NCBI GenBank assembly: GCA_022711115.1
Contig: JAKLFP010000010.1
Coordinates: forward strand, 14,330 to 78,329
Direction of reading: 5' to 3'
Length of the DNA stretch: 64,000 nucleotides
DNA from: Candidatus Omnitrophota bacterium
GTDB taxonomy: Bacteria; Omnitrophota; Omnitrophia; Omnitrophales; Aquincolibacteriaceae
The stretch's first letter is position 1. Every line of letters starts with the position of its first letter. Shown here in pieces: positions 58,922 to 64,000 of this stretch. A program made the translations under genes and the position numbers. Below the pieces are notes generated by a model. That model did not search any database, was not told the DNA's origin, and saw only the letters and a program-made list of their open reading frames with translations.

Positions 58922-61270
58922 ATGTTCCGACAGATTGCAGAATTTATCTACCATTTTCGCTGGCCCGTTTTTCTGGCCATGATCCTCAGCCTTTTTTTTG
59001 CCGGCATCGCGCTTTCCCATCTGACGGTGGATCCCTCCATGGAGCCGCTTTTCATCAAAAAATCTCCCGAATACAAGTATTATCAGGAATACCGCCAGAA
59101 ATACGGCAGCGACCAGATGATCGCCGTTGCAATGTCGACGAGCGACCTGTTCACGGAACCGAACCTCAAGGTGCTCAAGAACATTACGGAAGGCATTTCA
59201 AGCTACGAACAAGTAGAACGTGTCATGAGTCTCGCGAACATTCAGGACATCAAGCATAAAGGGCTCGGGGTCAAGATGGTCCCGGCGCTTCAGGGGGTTT
59301 TTGAGAAAGAAAGGACGTTTGAAGAGGCTAAAAGGGACATCCTCCGCAATGAACTTTATCTCAATAACCTGGTTTCCAAGGACGGGAAGATCGCCAATGT
59401 CCTGGTCTATCTGAAGCCGGCGGAAAAGGATTCCGTGACCGGTGATATTTTTATTGAAAAACTCAAAGATTATCTCAATGATTTTGAGCGGCCGGACCTG
59501 AAATTCTACATGGCCGGGGCGCCGGTTGAACAATATGAATTTATCAGGCTGATCCAACGCGACCAGCTTGTTTTTGTGCCTATGATCGCTTTGGTCCTGA
59601 TCGTGATGACCTTCTGGATCTACCGGAGTTTTACGTGCATGATCCTTTCGATGTCGATCGTTTTTATAACCCTTCTCTGGACGCTTGGGACCATCGCGGG
59701 TTTGGGGCAGCAACTCAATCTGATGACGTCGCTTCTCGCGCCCGTGATCATGATTGTCTCGGTGATCAATTCGACCTACCTGATCAATCTCTTTTTTGAG
59801 ATCCGTCCGCATCACACGAGCCTTAAAGAATCCGTGATCCGGACCATCGAACAACTCGGCTTGCCGTGTTTTCTGACGCATTTTACGGCGATTCTGGGGT
59901 TCGGATCGCTCGCTTTGAATCCGATCCCCGCCATCCAGAGTTTCGGGATTTTTGCCGCGCTCGGGACGTTTTATTCTTACATCGTGGAGATCATCATGAC
60001 CACGCTGTTGCTGCCGATCTTGCCATACCGGCCGCTGAAAGTGGATCTGCGCAGCGATCGGCACTTTTTTAACCGGGTTTTTCTTGGGTTTCTCGAGAAA
60101 TTCGAATACCGGTGGAGGTGGTGGATCCTGATCACCACTTTTCTTGTGCTTGTTTTTTCCCTCGAGGGGATCCGGAAGATCGAAGTGGACACGAACATCG
60201 TCAAGCAGATGAAGCCGGACCTGCCGCTGGCGGTCGCGACCAAATTTATCGATGATCGTCTTACGGGCGTCTATTCCCTCGGATTTGTTTTCCGGCGCAA
60301 GGACGGTGAGAGCATGGTGGATTACAAGGCCCTGACCCTCCTGGATCAATTCAAAACCTATCTTGAGAAAGAGCCGGGGATCGCGAAGGTCAACAGCATC
60401 ACCACGCTTATCAAAAAGATCAATGAAGCCCGCAAGGACGATCCTGACGCCTATCTCATTCCCGATAAATCCATTCTTCTCAAGCTCTATTTTAAAGGGA
60501 TGGTGGCTTCCGAGGACCCGGAGCTTTATAAAATGATCTCCCCGAATTTTAAAGAGATCCGGATGGAGGCGCGGATGCGCGCGATCGGAACCACGCAGGG
60601 AGCTTTATTAGAAGAACGGGTCCGTGAATATCTGGAAAGGAATCTGAGCGGTTTCTTCGAGTATAAGTTGACGGGCAATGTGGTGCTGCTTGGAAAGATC
60701 GCCAAGAGTCTTGTGCATGAGCAGACACGAAGTTTTTTGTTTGCCTTTATTTCGATTCTGATCGTGATTGTCTTGATCTTCCGTTCGATCCGTTTGGGTC
60801 TTTTGGCGGCCATCCCGAATGTTTTTCCGATTCTGGCGGTCTATGGGATCATGGGGTTTGCCGGGATCGAGCTTTCGACCGCGACGGCCATGATCGCGAG
60901 CATCGTCTTGGGTCTGGTGGTGGATGCCTCGATCCAGTTCCTGTACCGGTTTCGCAAGGAATTCCAGCACCGTTCGCATTATATCCAGTCCCTGCATCAT
61001 ACTTACCGCAATATGGGGCTGTCTATGGTCGTTTCGACGCTGATCCTTTGTCTTGGTTTCGCTTCGAGCGTGTTCGCCAGTTTTCGCATCACGGTTCATT
61101 TCGGAGCCCTGACGAGCCTGACGATCTTTTTGGCGCTCTTGTGTTCGCTTTTGGTGCTTCCGGTGTTTTTGACCATGGTCAAACCCTTCGGCCCGCAGCG
61201 GCTTTTTAAGCGAAAGGTTTCGGGCAAGGAATCTATTTCGGAGCATGCGGGGCCGGTGAAGGACGTTTAG
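58922..61270 (+). CDS. MMPL/RND-superfamily exporter (two 6-TM bundles with periplasmic domains; HpnN-like architecture)
   Basis: 782 aa with 12 predicted TM helices in a 1+5 / 1+5 arrangement; RND/MMPL-like TM4 region. Confidence 0.75.
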   Translation: MFRQIAEFIYHFRWPVFLAMILSLFFAGIALSHLTVDPSMEPLFIKKSPEYKYYQEYRQKYGSDQMIAVAMSTSDLFTEPNLKVLKNITEGISSYEQVERVMSLANIQDIKHKGLGVKMVPALQGVFEKERTFEEAKRDILRNELYLNNLVSKDGKIANVLVYLKPAEKDSVTGDIFIEKLKDYLNDFERPDLKFYMAGAPVEQYEFIRLIQRDQLVFVPMIALVLIVMTFWIYRSFTCMILSMSIVFITLLWTLGTIAGLGQQLNLMTSLLAPVIMIVSVINSTYLINLFFEIRPHHTSLKESVIRTIEQLGLPCFLTHFTAILGFGSLALNPIPAIQSFGIFAALGTFYSYIVEIIMTTLLLPILPYRPLKVDLRSDRHFFNRVFLGFLEKFEYRWRWWILITTFLVLVFSLEGIRKIEVDTNIVKQMKPDLPLAVATKFIDDRLTGVYSLGFVFRRKDGESMVDYKALTLLDQFKTYLEKEPGIAKVNSITTLIKKINEARKDDPDAYLIPDKSILLKLYFKGMVASEDPELYKMISPNFKEIRMEARMRAIGTTQGALLEERVREYLERNLSGFFEYKLTGNVVLLGKIAKSLVHEQTRSFLFAFISILIVIVLIFRSIRLGLLAAIPNVFPILAVYGIMGFAGIELSTATAMIASIVLGLVVDASIQFLYRFRKEFQHRSHYIQSLHHTYRNMGLSMVVSTLILCLGFASSVFASFRITVHFGALTSLTIFLALLCSLLVLPVFLTMVKPFGPQRLFKRKVSGKESISEHAGPVKDV

Positions 61271-61438
61271 CACAAGCGACTGTCATCCAAAATTGAATAC
61301 GGCAGACGAAGGCCCGGCAACGGTTCTTTTCCAGAAAAAAGTAGCAGAGGATTTGAGGAATCGCTATAATGAATTCTCCTCAGGACAATCTGCAGCGGAT
61401 CGAGCCTCTGGATATCTTGCTTGAAGTCATGAGAAAGG

Positions 61439-62980
61439 ATGTCGATGTTATATTTTTTTCATCAAAAAACCGTTAGCTGGGTTCTTTTGTTTTTTGTTGC
61501 CGGAACCCTGTTGCTTTTTCCCGGGTATGCGGTGGCAGCGCAAAGAAGTTCCGATTTCATGAACGTGACATCGAACAAGGATTCGATCGAGGGGACGATG
61601 GGATGCCAGGGCCTTACATCTTCCGACAACGTCCTTTGTGTTGAAAAAGTCATGCCGAAGAAAATCCAGGTCGGGAAGCAGTTCGATTACACGATCAAAG
61701 TGACCAATCTTGCCGAATGCGGTGTTGACGATGTTGTGATTACTGAGAGAATTTTGGAGAAATTCGCCATCCTGAATGCCAATCCCGAATCGACCAAGAG
61801 CGGCGGAAATACCGCGGAATGGGCGCTGGGTTATTTGGGGCCCAAAGAATCAAAGCTCATCACGATTACAGGTTCGACGCAAGATCCTAAAGTGACGACC
61901 GCTTGCACGAAAGCCGTCTATCATCCGCTTCTTTGCCTTCGTCCTGAAGTCCTTGAATCGGATTTGAAGGTGACCCTCAAGGCGCCGGAACGGACTCTTA
62001 TCTGTGATCCCATCCCGGTAAACATCACGGTGGCGAATACCGGGAAGGTCGCAACGGAAAACGTCAAAGTGACGCTGGTGCTGCCGCAAGGACTGACCAT
62101 GAGTGACGATAAAGCCGGTCAGACCATCATGATCGGGACATTGCCGGGAGGTGGCGCGTCTAAAAGCTATGACCTGAGCCTGAAGGCTTCGAAGCCTGGG
62201 ACTTATCCCCATAAAGCGACTGTCGAAGCAGAAGGTGGCTTGATTATGACGGCGGTTCCTTCGACGACGGTGGTGGCTCAACCCGTGATCAAAGTAAGCA
62301 TGACCGGTCCGGCGAAAGTTCTTGTCAGTAAAGATGCGGAGTATAAGGTCACCGTTGAAAATGCGGGGAATGCGGATGCCGCGAACACCCTGGTCACATC
62401 GCAAGTGCCTTTCGGCATGAAGTTTGTATCCGCCAGTAACGGCGGCGTCATGGCGGACGGTAAAGTGACTTGGAATCTGGGGATTCTCGGCAGTCAGAAA
62501 TCCGTGAGTGTTCATATGCTCTACCGGGGGGAGAAAGAAACCTCAGCGCAACCCAAAGTGACGGTCGCAGGGACCTGTTGCCAGGAGACTTCGGCAACGG
62601 TCAAGACCGAGGTGCAGGGGATTCCGGTCCTTCTTTTTGAATCCGGGGATAGTGAGGACCCGGTGGCGGTCGGCGGTTACGAAAATTTCCATGTCACGCT
62701 TGAGAATCAGGGCTCCGCGGCTGCAAAAAATGTGGTGGTCAAAATCAATCTGGAAAAGAATTTCGAGTATGTCTCTTCCAAAGGCCCGACGGTCGCGAAG
62801 GCCGAGAACTCCAAAGAGATCGAGTTCGCTCCTTTGGCCTCACTGGAACCGAAGCAAAAAATGACCTGGGAGATCCGGGCCAAGGCTGTGGAAGAAGGGG
62901 ACCATCTTTTCCGGGTCAAGGTCAAAAGCGATTCGAATGAAAGGCCGATCGAAAAAACAGAATCCACGCATGTCTTTTGA
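61439..62980 (+). CDS. secreted DUF11-repeat (conserved repeat domain) protein
   Basis: Signal peptide. At least three DUF11-like Ig-fold repeats (VTVANTGKVATENVKVTLVLPQGL, VTVENAGNADAANTLVTSQVPFGMKFV, VTLENQGSAAAKNVVVKINLEKNFEYV). Confidence 0.7.
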   Translation: MSMLYFFHQKTVSWVLLFFVAGTLLLFPGYAVAAQRSSDFMNVTSNKDSIEGTMGCQGLTSSDNVLCVEKVMPKKIQVGKQFDYTIKVTNLAECGVDDVVITERILEKFAILNANPESTKSGGNTAEWALGYLGPKESKLITITGSTQDPKVTTACTKAVYHPLLCLRPEVLESDLKVTLKAPERTLICDPIPVNITVANTGKVATENVKVTLVLPQGLTMSDDKAGQTIMIGTLPGGGASKSYDLSLKASKPGTYPHKATVEAEGGLIMTAVPSTTVVAQPVIKVSMTGPAKVLVSKDAEYKVTVENAGNADAANTLVTSQVPFGMKFVSASNGGVMADGKVTWNLGILGSQKSVSVHMLYRGEKETSAQPKVTVAGTCCQETSATVKTEVQGIPVLLFESGDSEDPVAVGGYENFHVTLENQGSAAAKNVVVKINLEKNFEYVSSKGPTVAKAENSKEIEFAPLASLEPKQKMTWEIRAKAVEEGDHLFRVKVKSDSNERPIEKTESTHVF

Positions 62981-63033
62981 GCAGAAGGTTGAAACTGTGA
63001 AGGATTTTCTAACCAATAAGGGAGGGTAAATAT

Positions 63034-63207
63034 ATGAACACCATTTTAGGACTGATTGTTTTGGCGCTCGACATCATTGCGATCGTCGATTGTGCAAAAA
63101 GCGGGGTCTCCACAGGCAAAAAGGTCCTTTGGATCATTTTGATTCTGGTCCTGCCGTTGATCGGTATGATTCTGTATTTCCTTGTGGGTAAGAAAAAGGC
63201 CGCATAA
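63034..63207 (+). CDS. small PLDc_N-domain membrane protein (57 aa)
   Basis: MNTILGLIVLALDIIAIVDCAKSGVSTGKKVLWIILILVLPLIGMILYFLVGKKK has the PLDc_N hallmarks (D..AI...W..L.LPLIG..YF). AAGGGAGGG RBS; below the ORF-track size cutoff. Confidence 0.7.
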   Translation: MNTILGLIVLALDIIAIVDCAKSGVSTGKKVLWIILILVLPLIGMILYFLVGKKKAA

Positions 63208-63224
63208 AAAAGTTACACCACAAA

Positions 63225-63265
63225 GGCCGTGGCGGGGAAATGCCTGTCACGGCCTTTTTTCTTTT
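63225..63265 (+). terminator. rho-independent terminator
   Basis: GGCCGTG...CACGGCC stem followed by TTTTTTCTTTTT. Confidence 0.65.
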
Positions 63266-63333
63266 TGGGATGTCTTTATTTTTTAAAGGGTTTCCTGTAG
63301 AATGTGCCACCTTGTTGCAGTTATTATCAGGAT

Positions 63334-63408
63334 GCTGGTGTAGCTCAGGGGTAGAGCAGCTGTTTTGTCCGCCAGAGGCGGATGCGTCCTTTGGCGCATA
63401 AACAGCGG
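63334..63408 (+). pseudogene. tRNA-Thr 5'-half fragment (acceptor 5' strand through anticodon) with 31-nt hairpin insertion; lacks T-arm and 3' acceptor strand
   Basis: GCTGGTGTAGCTCAGGGGTAGAGCAGCTGTTTTGT matches the intact tRNA-Thr 37 nt downstream except in the D-loop. It is followed by CCGCCAGAGGCGGATGCGTCCTTTGGCGCAT, then AAACAGCGG, then unrelated sequence. Confidence 0.6.
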
Positions 63409-63440
63409 AATGATTTTAGCTTTATTATTTCGGTTTAATT

Positions 63441-63513
63441 GCTGGTGTAGCTCAGTTGGTAGAGCAGCTGTTTTGTAAACAGCGGGTCGGGGGTTCAAAT
63501 CCCTCCACCAGCT
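63441..63513 (+). tRNA. tRNA-Thr (anticodon UGU)
   Basis: Cloverleaf folded by hand: acceptor GCTGGTG/CACCAGC, D-arm GCTC-AGTTGGTA-GAGC, anticodon stem GCTGT/ACAGC with loop TTTGTAA, T-arm GGGGG-TTCAAAT-CCCTC. Confidence 0.85.
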
Positions 63514-63602
63514 GATATGGCGTTCATTGAAAGTTAATTTTTGCACTTGCACATGAAGTGCAAGTGCGGCTTCGGCAGAACCTAGAAGGTTCTATCCGAT
63601 CC

Positions 63603-63686
63603 GGGGAGTTGCCCGAGCGGCCAAAGGGGACAGACTGTAAATCTGTTGGCTTTTAGCCTTCAGTGGTTCGAATCCACTACTCCCCA
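63603..63686 (+). tRNA. tRNA-Tyr (anticodon GUA), type II with long variable arm
   Basis: Acceptor GGGGAGT/ACTCCCC, anticodon stem ACAGA/TCTGT with loop CTGTAAA, long variable arm, T-arm AGTGG-TTCGAAT-CCACT. Confidence 0.85.
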
Positions 63687-63843
63687 GTCTTATTTTAAAA
63701 TATTCTGAAAACAAAAGCGGAAAAATGGCAGTCCTGCAACAAACAGTAACTGTCATCCCATATTCAGAATTTCTTCAGCGGGACCGATACACTATCCGTA
63801 GAGAAGTTGAGGTGCCGTTGGGTCTCAAGCGAGGGAGGAGCTT

Positions 63844-64000
63844 ATGGAAAGTGCCAATGATCAAGCGCCCGGAATTTTGACTAGGGAAGACATCATGAAT
63901 GATCCATACAAACGGGAACTTATTTTGAAGCTTCACGAAGAACTTTTTGAGTTTTGCCAGCCGCCGGAAAAAGCTTCCGAATCAAAGCTTTTCGACGGTT
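63844..64000 (+). CDS. hypothetical protein, 5' portion (runs off window end)
   Basis: GGGAGGAG RBS 5 nt before the ATG; open to the end of the window. No recognisable motif. Confidence 0.35.
   Translation, partial: MESANDQAPGILTREDIMNDPYKRELILKLHEELFEFCQPPEKASESKLFDG

Noticed and set aside
59198-61273. Long antisense ORFs (383 aa and 221 aa) opposite the MMPL exporter gene
   Set aside because: Their translations are Arg/Asp/His-rich low-complexity sequence with no domain signal. The sense strand encodes a coherent 12-TM MMPL protein with proper hydrophobic periodicity.
63334-63516. Reading the tRNA-Thr fragment plus downstream tRNA as one intron-containing tRNA
   Set aside because: The downstream tRNA is complete on its own (full 5' half present). 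The fragment lacks a T-arm and acceptor 3' strand. Bacterial tRNA introns are group I introns of a few hundred nt, not a 31-nt insert.

Overview
This window looks like a 64 kb chromosomal segment of a Gram-negative-type bacterium (it encodes a secretin, a TolC-like outer-membrane factor and RND pumps), with overall GC around 47 percent. It contains no CRISPR array, transposase or integrase. Gene content, in order, all on the plus strand unless noted:
- A syntenic housekeeping block: serA (5' truncated), purA, uppS, cdsA, dxr, rseP, proS, dinB.
- On the minus strand, two tandem TMTC-like polytopic membrane proteins with C-terminal TPR repeats.
- leuC and leuD.
- A complete type IV pilus locus: a PilM-PilN fusion, pilO, pilP, secretin pilQ, ATPase pilB, platform pilC, four tandem prepilin genes, and a dual-receiver protein.
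- A secreted glycoside hydrolase (GH144/DUF3131-like) with a CBM9-like domain, then an XRE-cupin regulator.
- An efflux module: a TolC-like outer-membrane factor, a membrane fusion protein, and two tandem RND pumps.
- A small HAMP-domain membrane protein and a small secreted protein with its own promoter and terminator.
- A gene fusing an N-terminal SRPBCC domain to a domain that aligns by eye to cyanobacterial acyl-ACP reductase (AAR).
- Four paralogous membrane histidine kinases with a 7TM N-terminal sensor (HisKA_7TM type) spread over about 12 kb. Between the third and fourth lies a low-GC (about 35 percent) cassette: SAM-methyltransferase, CheY-like receiver, KAS II-like condensing enzyme, dedicated ACP, crotonase-family enoyl-CoA hydratase, and a GDSL/TesA-like hydrolase.
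- Two YhbQ-like GIY-YIG genes, a CheY-like receiver, rmlC, a DUF167 gene, an MMPL-family exporter, a DUF11-repeat secreted protein, a 57-aa PLDc_N mini-protein, and tRNA-Thr(UGU) and tRNA-Tyr(GUA).

The main observations from the hunt:
- Candidate lipid-signal locus. The low-GC cassette (methyltransferase, CheY, KAS, ACP, enoyl-CoA hydratase, TesA-like hydrolase) is flanked by orphan 7TM sensor kinases and lies next to the SRPBCC-AAR fusion. The gene set resembles DSF (RpfF/RpfC) and Phc 3-OH-PAME (PhcB methyltransferase / PhcS kinase) signalling, and I propose it as a candidate lipid-derived signal synthesis-and-sensing system. This is inference from domain content only.
- Compositionally chimeric fourth kinase. 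Its N-terminal 7TM half is AT-rich and its cytoplasmic GAF-HisKA-HATPase half is about 60 percent GC, with the switch near nt 54450 at the domain boundary.
- In-frame 84-bp tandem repeat. Three near-perfect copies sit inside the ATP-binding domain of the first kinase, with a diverged partial copy in the intergenic region just downstream.
- Hairpin repeat family. A conserved imperfect hairpin (ATTGCCAYGYC ... CTCGCAATGACA) recurs four times in the leaders of consecutive genes and shows compensatory stem changes.
- CTAG/TAG-rich patches. Several intergenic patches that start immediately after stop codons are loaded with CTAG and TAG words.
- A fragment of the tRNA-Thr 5' half, carrying a 31-nt two-hairpin insertion, lies just upstream of the intact tRNA-Thr.
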